A stretch of 64,000 nt of DNA from Bispira polyomma. Lineage: Eukaryota. Shown here in pieces: positions 47,701 through 62,700 of the stretch. Numbering within the stretch: the stretch's first letter is position 1; each line of letters begins with the position of its first letter. The stretch is taken from contig OZ287750.1 of NCBI GenBank assembly GCA_965649765.1, forward strand, positions 69,812,001-69,876,000. The letters are read 5' to 3'. A model generated the notes under the pieces. The model worked only from the letters and a program-made list of their open reading frames with translations. It was not told the origin of the DNA and did not search any database. The translations under genes and the position numbers were made by a program.

Positions 47701-50700
47701 TTTTCTGATAGACAAAATGATTATCAACATTTTCTTGACTGATTTTTAACTGTCATTCCCTAAACTGTCGACAGAAGCTTGGGTATGATCATTTATCAAT
47801 GCGCCAAAGGTTCTTAGCCAACAATAGAAGTCCGACATCTGTAGAGGTCATCTGAACCACTACGTATCTGCCTGAATCTGATCCCACAATGTTGGGATCA
47901 AACCTAGGTTCCTTGCATTACGAACCAAATATGTTACCCACCAGGCCATAGTGGCAGTAATATGTATTGTTTTGGTCTCTGAGCTATTTTTAATTTACAG
48001 ATGCCAGATGGTTTGTAGTTTGTATTAAAAGTAAAGCCACTAGTAATGACATACACATACAAAAAGAGTACTATTTTCCTTTACACATTAAACATTCTCA
48101 GAATAAAATAATAACATGTAGGTTTCACATGTAATTCTGTCACGTTTAAGCCATATGTTGACAATGTATACAATTATAGTCTGTGCAAAGGTCAAGCCTA
48201 TTTATAAACAAATCTCCAGCTTACCCCAGACCGAAAATTAAATCTAAGGTAACCCAATCACAGTGGGCAGATACATAAAATAAGACTACATAGTTAATTC
48301 AGCGCCTAAGGTTCTATTAAAGTGAATAGTCCCAATTACAGGTTATTGCCATTTCTTTATAAATATATAAGGGTTAAACATAGACTTTGCTTAGAGTTTT
48401 GAGCTTCAGTTTCTTGGCAGAATATGAGTGATGTGGTTGTATTCTCGAAAGATCTCTAACTCAACTCACTCTCAAGCTCGAATCTGGAGTCCCCATAACT
48501 CTGGCTAGAGTAGAGTCAAGAAAGGTCAATCTGCATATTGAATTCAGTGCTGAAAGCTATTCTAAATGAATAGTCACAACTAGAGGTTTATTCCATGAAC
48601 AATGACTTCCACATAGCATTGATCCGAGTAGAGTGTGAGTTTGATCTTAAGTTTCTTTGGTGAATATCTGGGGGGGTATGGTCTCACAATGGGCCTCTGT
48701 CAAGGCTAGCGCTGTTGGTGTATTTATCCAGATTCTAAATGGCTCGACATCGTGGCTTCCTGGCCAAAACTAATATTTTGCTAGTGACATTTACAAAGTT
48801 TGCTGTAATTATGTATACATGTGTGATATTGATCTTTACAGAGTTACAGGTTTGACAGCTATTTTTAGAGGTGTTTTGGGGGGGATTTTGTTGCTTTTTT
48901 CCTGATCTCCTTTTAACATTTAAAACATTTTTCTTGCAATGTTTTGATAAAATAATAATAGTTACCACACAATATCACTTATATTGTTATAATAACAATT
49001 TTAAAATTTTAATTTTTGAAGAAAACCTTTTAGGTAGCTCATTAAACTGTGCTAAAGAAACACACTATCGGCATATATTCCATATTTATTTTCGAAAGAT
49101 TTTGCCAGTAAAAGCATGGTGTTTTTTTAAACATTTGTGGTTTCTTACTATAAAAACACAACAATAATGTATTGCAAATCGCCTTCTAAAAATTATATTT
49201 GTTCAGTTACAAGTTTAAAAAAACTGCTAGTTTTAATGAAATCCTAAAATAGATGGCCCATGTTGTCTTGTGATTCATATCTATAATGTAGTAGCAAAGT
49301 GTATCAGCGACAACACTTCATATTACCACCATGTGTAGATTACCTTTTTTACCAGACTTAAGTCAATCAATGTGACTTACTCACCGAATGGTTTTCAAAA
49401 TATTTAACATCGGTTGTTGTCACACATGTGTATAGAAAGTAAAACGATAAAAATAAAATGATCACATACAACATAGTGTATTGCTTCATAATGAAGCAGC
49501 ATATCGTCAGCATATTGAGTGACTATATGATCCCATGTAACCAGAGCTTTAACAGGACAGAAAATACCAACTAACTGAATTTAGAGGATGATTAGGCCGG
49601 CATTGGAAAATACATAAATTGGTATAACACTCGCTCAGCTGCACATAAATTGTGAGAAGGTTTTTTTTCCTTTCTTAATAAGCTCTATAAACTGTTTCAA
49701 CATTACTAAATGGAAAAGCTGCACAAAGCAGTGTTTATGAGACAGGTTAGCCACTCGCGGAACCACAAACAGTCATAGCTGAGAAATTGCAATTTCTGCT
49801 ATTTGCTCACAAGAAAAAAAGGCAAGACAAAAAGCCATTCACACAGTCTTTAGGCGTGATTTTCATCATAGCGTGCAAAGGAACTTGCAACATCAAATTT
49901 CAATTAAAGCCATCTAATAAGCTTTGCGAAAAAAAAAGAGTTAATAAGTTATGTTTCACAACAGGCCTATAGACGCCACTACTTCAACATTAGCAACCCC
50001 CTACTTTCTTCTACTGAGGAAAAAAACCCTAAAAACTACAAAAAAAAACAAACAAAAATGATGGAGAGCAATGGCTGCAATGTTGGATGTGTAAATTTAT
50101 GTCAAAGGAAATGGGAAAGCGACTGAATCAATCATAACTGGACCCTTTGTGAATTGCTGGGACATTGGGGCTGAGTATTTTTGGGGCTATTGGTTATTCT
50201 CTCTTTTGTGGGGTTAGTATTTTTCTATCCTCCCTGGAAACTTTTAGGGGGAAGATAGGGGAGGGGGAGGGGATTTGACGGTTCTGTATGTTTGTTTTAA
50301 GTGTGTCCCAGGACAACAACTAGGAGAGACTAGCTGGAAAATGAATGACTTCCTAGCATGCAATATGACATGTGGTGGTTTAAGTGAATTCTCTCCCACC
50401 AAAGTCTACCCCCAAAATGTAGCCACCCCACCCCCCCTTTCTTTCGTTCCCATTTCTCTATGGTATTTTAGGGCTTGTTTTTAACTGTGCTCCAGTGATG
50501 TCAAATAATGTTACCATCACCAAGAGGAAGTATCTCAGGGTGGTTGAATATGGTCATTACACCCGTCCCCTCCAAATTTTTTTTTCATTATTAGGCTAGG
50601 ACATTAAGATAATTTGTATGGATTTCTTTGTCTTGTAGTTGTCACAGTTACAGTTGACTAAAAGAATAATAAATAAAACAAAGTTTTTAACTGTAAAACC

Positions 50701-53700
50701 TAAACTAAAATACCTAACAATAATATATTTTAATAAAAAAAAATTATTAAATATATAATTTTTTTTATTAAATAGTCAGTATTTGTATGTTTAGTATTTG
50801 GTAAAAAAACCTCTGGCCCTGCAGAAGAGCTGTTATCCTTTGAGGCATACTCAAACAGCGTTTTGTTAGGTTCTTGAGGGGGGGAGGGGGGGGGGTAAAT
50901 TTCTGCACTCTTATGGTAATGCATGTTCTTCCAATTAAATTTAACGGTTTTACATTTCTTGGTGAAAGAGCAAAGCCCAAGAAATGAGGTGGGTCCAATT
51001 TTTCACTTTCCCAAGTGAATGATTGACCACTTTTCTGGACTGTGATTAATAGTCTTTCTGCCTTAGAACTCCTCTGTCTAGTGTATGATAGATAGGCAAT
51101 ATCACTGAGAACCTCAATGTATATAGTGTGTATCACAGTTATAAGCCCTATAACTAAGCCCATATTAGGTACCTTTTTATGAGTATTGTGAAACACAGCC
51201 TCTAATTGAAACTATTCATCCAGTTCTGACTGTGATTTATTGCCTTAAATTTTTTTGGGGAAGGTGACTTTGATGTCTCTGCTATCCCACAATGCCACCC
51301 TAAATGCAATCCAATTAAGAGAGCAGGGCGCAAATGGGGCGAAAACAATGCCTCATTTTGGTCAATACCCTAATAAAGGGGACACACCATTTGAATGGGT
51401 CTTACTAGGATGTGTGTATATACTGTTGTGGTGAATGCAGCCACTTACATAAATGTCATTTTACTGCAATATTGTTCCAGTGGTGTATAATGATTAGTGA
51501 CACATTAGGAACAAAAAGGGTAATCAAACAGCAGGCACCTCTTTAGAAGTGCACAGATATTGCAATAAATCGTATTTGTGGTAAAAATATGAACTTTTAT
51601 ATAGATATAAACTTGTTAAATCACAGCATTTTAACTTTGATTCAATCTTCCTTAAATTTAATTTCTAAAGTTGTGGTCACACTGTGTTTACGTTTCGATT
51701 ACGTCCAAAAATTCACAGATAGAAGGTAAAACGTGACACAGAATCTTCAAACCAATTTTACTTAATGAACGTATATAAACATATACTTGCAGTAAGTAAA
51801 ACATAAGAAAAAACGAAGAGAAAATATATCATTTCGAGCAACACAAAATTAAACTACGTTTTGAGCCATTTTCGACAATCTCCACTAAAACGGTTGATGC
51901 ATTCGCAGGAAACATATGACATGTTTAAGACATATTCAATTTGTATATGACCATAATAAGACATACTATACATCTAAATAATAACCAAAAAAATTGAATG
52001 AAGCGAATGCAACCTATTTACAACGAAATCAAAACCTATTTCAAAACGTGGCTAACATCACAAACAAAATTGAAACAGCTACCAAAATGTGTTGAATGCA
52101 TGTACAAACATTGTTACATTTCCCTAATTTCACTTTATTTATTTCAGTTTGCTTACGTTTCCTAAAATCAAAAACCAAAATAAACATAAACCCGAATATT
52201 AAAAATTTGGTGACAACCATTATCAAACTTACTGGACAACATGGTAAAATAAAAGCATCACCTAAAAGATAATTAAAGTGAAGGTGTTTTAAAACAAATG
52301 TTAAAAATAAATTTCTAAAGCACAATAGCTTAAGTCGTACAAATAAATAATTTTTCTTGGGACATGAAGAAAAAAAAAGATTGATCAAATATGTTTAATT
52401 ATTGTAGACAACTATTCTAGGTGTTTTTTTAAATATTTCTAGGCCCTACAGAAATCTGTGTCAAGGACACCTTCAATGCCACATGCAGAGAGGGGGAGGT
52501 CATTTTAATCCAGATGGCCAGGTATGGACGCATGCAGATTGGTCGGTGTATTCCAGAGAATATTGGCTACATTGGCTGTGTGAGTGACGTCACAGATGTG
52601 CTGATGGCTAAGTGTGGGGGGAGACGTCAGTGTGACGTCAAAGTGGTGGATGATGACCTGATGGCCAGGTCTGTGTGCTATGAGCAAGTGGCGAACCACC
52701 TAGAGGTTACCTACAAATGTGTACAAGGTAAGATGGGGTAGTTATACATTAATTAGAGATACCTTACAAAGGTAACATATAATTGTGTACAAGGTAGGTA
52801 TTAGATGTGAGACGTTAATTGAAAGTTATATTTGGAAGTCACCTATAAATGAATACAAGTTAAGGTGTGTCACTTATACATTGGTAATGACTTCCAAATG
52901 TAACATGTAAGTATGTACAAGGTAGGTATTAGATGTGAGAGACATTTATTAGGAATGACCTCTGGTGGTGACCTATTCTATTGTATTTTGCATTGTTACT
53001 GCACCTTATTGATGTGAGACATCTTCAAAAGTGCATTAACCGAGTCATTTAATTAAGTCCCAAAACATAGCCAGGTCGTAAGGAAGGTTGTCGCGGGGTA
53101 GAGGGGGCAAACTAAGGCAGGTAAGTAAGTTTGACAAAAAATAGGTTTTAAGTAGTTTCATAAACACAGAAAGTGTTTCTTGTGATCTTAGAACTAGGAA
53201 ACTATTCTATAACATGGGGGCAGCAATGGGGACCCTCTTGGTGGGTTTTAAAGAGGAAACAGAAAGTCTTCTCTTAAGGTTATTGAAGGAAAGACAGCTT
53301 TCAAAGTGGTGACATGGATTTTAAACAAAACTCGATAATGTGTGACAAATGGCAGTAATTCAGTTTTAGCAGGAATTAATTTTAATATGGACTAGTTTAT
53401 TAAAGCCTTGACTGAGGAGAGAGAATCAGCAAGCAGACCAACATTTTTTATGGGCATTTTGAGGGTTGAGAGAAAGATAGACGTAGGTGTCATCATATTA
53501 TAAATATTAATATTATTGTTGGATCATTTATATACCCCCTTCTATATTATCCAAAAGGAATAGTCCTACAATATAGCCTTGGTCGTCATCAGTAGGAAAG
53601 GATGTGTCTTGCCCAAGGATGTTATCCCACCAACGAAACAAGCTGCATTAGCAGGGGTGGAGACCTTCTAATCACAAGAAAAACTTCCCCAAACAGGAGT

Positions 53701-56700
53701 CGAACTTGTAACTTTCTAATTACCAGACCAACTTTCAACCACTAAGCCACGATATCACAATCGTATGAAATGTAATATTTGAATGATATGCATGAGGATT
53801 AACATCTGGAGGTTATCTGTACACGTGTGTACAAGGTTAGATGTGACATTCATTGGGAACTGGCATGAGGTGACCCACAAGTGTTTACAAGGTTAGGTTA
53901 GATCATTGGGAAATTACACCTATAACTCCTAAAATTTTTGTTTCCCATCTTCCTGCTGGGAAAAGACATACTGCCTTCCGAAACCTGGGTGTCACTTTTG
54001 ATTCAGCTTTTTCATTTGAGACTCATATTGCCAACATCTGTCGCTCCTGCTATTACCATATATGCGACATCAAAAGAATCAGAAACCACCTGTCCCTGGA
54101 CACAGCAATAACTATGTCAAATGCTCTTGTGAGTAGCCGCCTCGACTACTGTAACTCTCTTTTGTACGGAGCAAACAAGTCACACATTAAAAAGCTTCAG
54201 TCCATCCAAAACTACCTATGTAGGGTCATTTTTCGCATGGGTTGTCGCACAGATGTCACTCCTTACCTAAATAAATTACACTGGCTGCCCATTCATTCTC
54301 GTACTTTGTTCAAGATTCACGTTACTATTTTTAAGGCTGTAGTCACTCAACAGCCCCCCTACCTTGCTTCCCTTCTATCCTTCAGTAACCGCAAGAAAGG
54401 CAACAGACTCTCTGTCTCTTCGGTCAGACCAATCAGGAACGTGGGATCCAGAGCATTCTCCCCTGCAGCTCCAGTGTTATGAAACAGTCTCCCAGTCGAC
54501 CTCAGATCAGTTGACACACTTATCGGTTTTAGGAAAAGCTTAAAACCTATCTTTTTAACCTTGCCTACCCACCTTAGCGTCCCTCATGCATGCCTCCACT
54601 TCCTTCCTTATGACTTTGCAATGTTTGATGGACTTGGATTGGACCAATGATTCTGCTGTTGCACTTAAGAAGATGCATAGCATCAATAAAGCACGTTAAA
54701 AATTCATAATAATAATAATATAAGTGTGTACAAAGTAGGGGCTGTGTAGTGGCTACACACCCACCTACCACTTCCACCGACATGGATCCAATTCTTGCTC
54801 CTAGGCTGTATGTGGAACAATTGGCTTAAGACTTGCTTGACTAACCTTCTGTTCTGATTTCCTCCACCAGTGAACTGTCTTTAATGATAGACAATCAATA
54901 GAAGACACAATCTGGACCCATCAGTGTGTACAAGGTACAAATGTGACACATTCATTGGAAATGGCATCCGGAGGTTGGCTATAAGTGTGTACAAGGTAAA
55001 GATGTGACAGACATTGATTGGAAATGTATCAGAAGGTGGCCAACACCCCCAGGACATTAAATCGGTCACCTCATCCAACTGTGTGACGTGTTTATGACAG
55101 TATGAACTGTCAGTCCAAGTATTATATTAACAATTTCATACAGGTCTGGCTTGCGTTGGACACCACTACCTACACTATAAAACAGCATTTGTAATATAAG
55201 GGCGTGTAAAGGAGAAAGAAGTCTTGTTACTTTGTTAAGTAGGGCTGGACTAACTACAGATTGCAAACCAACTTAACTGTTCAATGCAAACTGAAGAATA
55301 CGGCAGAGGCTCACTTAAAAGAGGTTGTGTTACTTCTAGAATGTTGGCAGACCGAATTAGCTTCTACCTCGAAAGGCTTTCAAGAAAACCCAACACTTTG
55401 TACTCCACGTGCAATTAAAAGTGCACTCCTACCATTAGTCAGACTTTCAACTATAACAGTTAGAACACTTAACATTTACAATGGAGTAACAAGAAGAAAC
55501 CCGATGATATCTTTGTCCAACAGGCAATACACTTTGTTGAAACCCATTCTGTAGCAACTAAAGAGGGAATGGGGTTTAGGTGGGGTATTATGGTTGAATC
55601 ACACTTTACTGATTTCGGAATTAAGGTATACAGAAATACATACCAAGCCAAAGTATTTACATTGTCAAGAGATACACCGGCCACATATTCGACCAAACCA
55701 TGGTCAGCTGTCTAACCCAGACTTATTGCCCATTTTCCGCTTATAAATTCGCACAAGTTTTGATCCTGCAGAATTTTTGGATCAATATATCCTGATTTGT
55801 TGAAGGGCAGAGGCCCATATTTATTTATAAGTATCGGCGAACCTCTCTCTCTATATATATACATATATATATGGCAAAATAAAGGTAAGGATTTCATGTG
55901 ACAGATATTCATTTGGAATTATACCCGAAGGTTATATAAAGTGACCATAGTCACACCTCTTACCTCTTAAGTCATTTGTTTAAATTGTGGCTATAAAGCA
56001 AGCACATCATAAAATTGTCAGTAGACTTGCTGTCAGCTGTTTATTTCAGTACATATTTGTTAATAGTTTTGAGATATGTCCAAATAGCACTAATTCGTGA
56101 CTGGTACTGTATCATTATTTCATTAAAACTCTACTAATTATCAAACATGAAGGACCAAGAAAAAAAAAAAAAAGCAGCTTCCCATTAAGTCTTCTGAAAC
56201 GACCATACATCTTATGGCGCCCAATTTAGTTTTTAATTCCTATGATCATTCCCTTGCTTCCAAAAGGGAGGGAGGGAAAAAAACTCGAAATTGAGACCAT
56301 CGGTTAGGAGAAAAAAGGTAATTACATAAGGAAAACCGCATACATCAAGCTTCATTAGTTTTTTTGTGTTTGCTACATGATGAAGACAATATATACTTCA
56401 CCAAGGATTGGTGTTTTTTTTTGTAGAATTGAGATGAGATTTAGACCTTCTGGGAAATCAGTAATTTTCTCCTTGTCACAAATAATAACACACTACAAAA
56501 AAGATGTAATACCCAGAGATGCAGTTAACCTTAAAAAAAGCTCTGGAAAAAAGGCGTGGTCATAGGGATAAAGGGCCAGGGTCATTTGTCAAAGAAGCCA
56601 GTGGATGATTGTTATTGAAAACTTCACCTAAGAACCATACTCGACTGGGGATGGAAGTTAATGATCAGTCAGAAAAATCTCTATTCATAATATAGGCTTC

Positions 56701-59700
56701 TTTGTTTTGGTATGGTTCTTTCTTAAAAAGCCCTGTCACACGTACACGGAAGTAATAAGGATAAGTAAATCACACAATGCATTGCAGGTTTGTTAATTAT
56801 CCATGAAAAGTCATGGCAAAATGAGGGAGGTGTTGCTTCAAAAATTGTTTTTTTTTAGTACTGCAAAAATATGGTTTTGTGTGGTTATAGTAAGACAGGG
56901 ATACAAATAGTCAATGGAAATGGTATTGCATTGATGTGAATGCACACAAATTACAGACTATTCGCTATGGGAAGGCAAAAATAATAAAGATTGTCTGCAA
57001 ATGCCCTCACGATTGCTGTACAATTACTCTGGTGTACTATGTGTAATACATAAAGGTGGCTGCCCCCTGACATTTTTAAACAAGTTTAAAACTCTTGCTG
57101 AGTAAAGTGGAAGAACCAAGGTTGTTCAAGGTACTCTACGGTTCAACAAACAATGTTTAAGATTGACTAAGATTGCCCAAATCAAGGTTAAATGTAGCTT
57201 TAATTCGTAAATGTGGAACTCAGGCTCAACATTAGAACAATATTAGAAAGAAGAGTACATTAGTTCAGATTTATGTAACATCGCGAGAATCACCCACTAA
57301 ATCGACTAAGGCAGTCTCCTTTGACCTAGTGCTTTAGGGTCTTGGTCTGGTGATTAGAGGTTTCCCAGTTGAAATACTGGTTATGTCAAAGTGGTTGTGT
57401 GATAAAATGTAATACAAAAACTAAACACAAAATGACCTATGTGTCGTATCCTTTCTTCAGCAGCAAGTGCTTTAGAAGATGCAGTGTCATCAATTTGGTG
57501 CAAATGCTTTAAGCAAATATTATTGAGTGACATTGGACCCTCCCTAGCTCTTATCTGACTGCCACACTTGACATGCCATTGCAACTCCCTGGGGAAACCT
57601 TGTCATACAGCAGCTATCATTGGGTGAATATGCATGCAGATTTTGACATAAAACTAATATCTTTGGGAAAACAGGTAGTATTCTGCCTACTAGTCTTCAC
57701 AATGAGACAAAGAAAAAGCTCAAAACACATCTGTATCAACTCGCTTTTCCGCCTTAACTTTCGTCTCCTGATCATGACTGAACTCTGATCACGAACCTTT
57801 TCCCCTATGTGACTATTCTTTTACTTACTGATTTTGATGTGTGCCGCAGAGAATGTCTGGCCATCGGTTATGACACTTTAGAAGGACAGAGAATGTCTGG
57901 CCATTGGTTATGACGCTTTAGAAGGAAATACATTAACATTAACTCAAACTGTAGACTTCAAAGGAAAACTCAACTTTGTGATATTGTAATCTGTAACAGA
58001 ATTTCAGAAAAAATAATATGAAATAATATCAAAAGTTTGTGTTTAAAGCCAAACATAGAATAGTGTACATCATCACTATAAACATGATAATTTCCAGTAA
58101 GATTTGTATGAAAAAGACTTTTATTATAAGGACTGTTACCATATATTTGATGACACAGAACTTGGATGTTACCTGTTACCGTTTCTTGTTTCCCATTTTA
58201 CAGACTGTTCTTTGTTGAGCTATAGGTGTTTAAATAGTTTTTCCTCATTTTATACTAAATTCACATCGATTGCCTCCAACGGATTAAAGCTATATGAGTT
58301 TGATAGCGACAACGCAAAATGATAAGGGACATATGACGATGGAAAATTTAAAAAAACAAACCTTAATAGCTTCAACATTCTCTTAATGTGAGCATAATAA
58401 TGCTTTATGATATCATATTTTGTTGTTCATAAAATATAATGAAAAAAAATCACCTGTTGAGGAACCAAAATAGCTTGTACAAATATAATGTTGCAGTCTG
58501 CAGTATACATGAGGACATTGTGTTACTGAACCATGGAATTGCAAAAGTTCCACGTGGTGTACATTTTGAAATGACTGCCAATGAGGTTGTGTATTTGCCC
58601 GTATTTGTTTATTTGTTTATCGCCAGGAGTACACAAGAGATACTACAGCATAATTTTATAATATAATGGGTCATTTAGTAGCAGATCCAGTTTGGAGGGG
58701 CGGTTCGTTTGGTATTATGCCACCTTGAAAGGGTTGGGGGGTTGGGGCAGTCTGGTACTTCTTGTTCTGTATGGGTCTGGTTATATTATCAACTTTATCT
58801 ATGCATAATGTGAAACAATTTCCATAAAATAATTTATTGCTGGGCAATAGTGCAACTCTATAGTCTATATTCACTAATACCAAGGTCTCATTCACACGGA
58901 TGGCCATCCCAAACGCACCATGCATGTCTTTGTATCAGTCGGTGACTGTGCATTTTAACTTCGGAGTGAGCGTTATATTAAAAAAATAACACCTGCTTTA
59001 TTTCTACAGATACATATTTATAACATGGTTGAAAAATGTATAATTCACCCAGGTGATAGTAAAGTTGAATAATTTTCCACAAAGAATATGCTTTTCTGTT
59101 TATAAATAATACTATTATATCCTACATTTGTTTTTGCAGTTTACACAGTCAACCCTCAGAAGTGCCATAGCAGTACTCCTGTAAGGATAGAACAGGAGAA
59201 CTCAGGCTACATTTCACTGAACTTCCCTGATCATGTCTCAAGACACTGTCCCTGGGAGATCACTGTGGGTCCTGGACAGAGGATCAACCTGACACTACAC
59301 AGCTTTTCAGATCACCGAAATGATGCGGAGGATCTCTGTTATAAGGTAGAGCTCAAACTGCTTATTGATAATATCTGTTAGATCTAATTACACATCTTGT
59401 CTTATCACAAATTGTTGACTATCCTATACTAGCCTCAGTGATGACGTTGTTGAATTTCAGAAGTCATGCTAAGGCAAACAGTGAAGATGTGGAGAATAAA
59501 AAAATAATTGTAAAAAAATAATATATTTAACAGAGTTTAGTGCAGGTGGGAATATCTTTACATCAACACACAGGTTTAAACCATGTGTAACTATAGACAA
59601 GCATAATTAAATGTGGTGGCACCATATGTTGCTCATACTTAGCCATGTACTATATACTGGTTGTTTTGTTTGAATGGAGTTTAACAAATTTGATTATATT

Positions 59701-62700
59701 TTTCCCAAAAAGAGAAAATGTAACATACTCAACACATGATATTTTTCAATGGAACTTATTAATAGTCTAAATTTAAAATATTAAAACACACACATATATA
59801 TATATATATATATAAAAAAAATTTGTAAGTCACTTGTGATTTTGAATATATATAAGTGACTTGTGATGTTGAATGTGATTATCTGTTAACACCAATATAT
59901 GTATGTGTTTATCCATGTCCTACTAGGTGGCTAGTTTTGTGGAGCAGGGTCGACCAGAGCAGGCGATATTAGCATGTCCCAATAAGGTGACACCCAACAT
60001 GTACACATCATCTTCCAATGGGATTGAACTACGTCTTTATGGAAAAGATAGCTTTCAGTCTCAAGGCTCGTTCTTGTTACAGTTTCAAGGTAATTTCTAA
60101 CATTGATATAATACTACAAGAATATAATCCAACGAGTGTGTTATATGCTTTCGCATCACACAATTGACTTATATATACATTATCTATTTACATAAATGTG
60201 GTGAGGGACACATTATTTAATAGTTGTATTTTAGCCTTAAATTTTTGTTGACATAATTTTAGGGCACTGTAATTACTTTCTAGGGCATTACAAAACACTA
60301 AAATGTGCAAACAAAATGCACACAAGTTGTATGGTAATGGGTTATTAGTGTCCATATAAAGCAGTGTGCATACAGAGTGAATAACTATAAACATACACAT
60401 GACAATACACAAATACACAATATCCTATAAACCGATACTAATGCAGAAAACTTGTAGCTTAGACTGATGTTTGCTTACATGAATAAATATTTTAAAAAAT
60501 ATTATACTATGTAGTGTTCCATTGATATATGATTTTCTAAGAATTTTGTTTTCTGCAAAGGATAGCCCTACAACGTTGCCTGGGGTTGTCATCAGTAGGC
60601 ATTTCACACCATGTCCAAGAAAGTCATCCCACCAATGAACCTAGCACATTAGACCAACTCCCAAACCATTAGGCCATCACTGCAATCTTAGTTAAACATA
60701 TAACTTATAATTAATTTAATACACAAAATAAATAAATGTCTTTGTACATTTCCAGCTATTAACTGCCCACACTTAGAGAACACAGGAAATGCCATTACAA
60801 CATACACAGGAGCAAGTGTTATAGTAGAATGTATACCTACAGGTCAGAAATGGTATCTGACTTGTAAGGAGACTCAATGGATTGGCACGGCCGGGAACTG
60901 TACACACTCAGGTATGGGACAATGAAAGGGGCCATACTTTGAAAAAACAATACTAAAAGGTTTTAATATTCTTTATTCTAATTAGGAACCAGTACTATTT
61001 GTACCGGAAACCACCGACCTACGGTCAGTACCTGCCAAACCTTCTGACCTGAAGGAACCAGAAGGAAAAAACGTGAAGGATTTCCAAATGTCCTTTATAA
61101 ATAGCGCCTACTACATAATAGTTATGAATGGATTGTTGATTTATATACATATTTTATTTCTATTTCTATCCATTATAACAGGGAGTAAATACAGTCCCAA
61201 TGGAGATTCCAATAAGCCAAAGGAGATGTCATTTCCATATGGTGAGAATTTGTCTAATTTCTGTGAATATATTTGTTTTAAATAACATTATGCCCTTACC
61301 AAGTTTCAAAGGCAGACTTAAAGCTTATTTGTTTAACAGAACCTTTACACCATAAATTTTGGCTACCAGTCAATAGGTGGAAGAAGTCAATGACAAAGAA
61401 CCGTCATCAGATTTATTACATATCTCACTGTAACTGAGTGTCCCTCAGGTGTGTTCAAACCTAAGTCTTCTATATTGCTAAAAGAGTGTATGCAATAAGC
61501 AATTTGGTTCACCTTGTTGTATTGTATTGTATCAGTGCGGGTTTCTTACAGATTTTTTATCTGTTATTCAAAGCACTAATTTCCCGTCTCGTGACTGCCC
61601 AATGATCTAGTCTGTCACTGTGGATGCAACCCAATAACACAGGACCTCTTTTTAAGCATCCGAGTCACTATATGCGCCTTACCTGGCAGGCCCAGATTTG
61701 TGATTGAATACAGGTCCTTCGTGTTTCTAAGCCAGTGGGCCACAGTGGCAGACGATACTTGTGTAGAAATGAATAGAGTTTTCCAATATGCACTGAAACT
61801 TTTTTGTTGATATAATGTCAGGGCACTTCAGATAAATAATATTTTACATCAATATACTATTCTTGAAGAATGTATTCATTAATACATTTATTAATAATGT
61901 ATCTATTCACCTTACTGTGTAGAATGCCTCGCATTGTTATTTTTGTTGTTTTAGGTTTACTCATTGCTGTAGCAATAGGAGTAGCGCTTGGAGTGTTTTG
62001 TGGTGGTATGTTACTGGGAATTGTCACTGTACACAAAAAGAGGTACATTTTGTATTGAATTTCTTTATTGAGCTTTAGTTTGGTGTGTAAACTAAATAGC
62101 ATAGGCTGAACAATCTACAGAAATACAAACGTAGAAATTCTGCTTTTCCAAAATGTATGTAAGATTTACTAAACCTAGGTAGATGTTACTTGCATCTCGA
62201 TTATAATGGATAAAACCATGCAGTAAGAGTTCCTTTTACAAGCTTACTTGTCAAAGTTCATTATTCCCATTAAAATTATAGTATGAGTTATGTGTTGTGT
62301 ATTCATAAATACTAACTTTTAATGTCTTTGATCTTTGATCATATTGTAACAGTCATATGTATCAGTGGAAGAAGCCAGTACTATGTTCTGGAAACCACCG
62401 ACCCTACAGCAAGTAACTGGCAAACTTTCCCACATAAAGGAAGTAGTGGGATTCAATTCTACGGTCCTCAGAGATAAACAGCTAGTGATGTTAAAGCAAA
62501 TGCTTATAACCACTAGACCACCACAGTCCCCTGACTATGTTAAATGTATTTTTCTTTTTGATTAATGATATTCTAATGTACAGCTTACATATATAGGATC
62601 CATATAAGGATTGTATCTATTTCTTACGATTCAGGAAAAGACGACAACTCGAAGAGAGACAAGAGAGTGTGTATTATGGTACTAAATGCCCAGCGGTCGT

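Larger units (their letters stand above)
52700..55045 (+). repeat. Interrupted tandem array (about 58-66-bp unit) derived from the exon-2 end and splice donor
   Basis: GAGGTxACCTAxAAxTGTGTACAAGGT(A/T)xx..GATGTGA..CATT..TTGGAAAT recurring at about 52722, 52788, 52854, 52916, 53830, 53886, 54729, 54929, 54990. Confidence 0.8.

Noticed and set aside
42800-52400. Short ORFs in the long first intron (e.g. 46209-46589, 50768-51196, 52041-52388)
   Set aside because: No domain motifs and no consistent splice-site and phase support; composition typical of AT-rich non-coding DNA or repeats.
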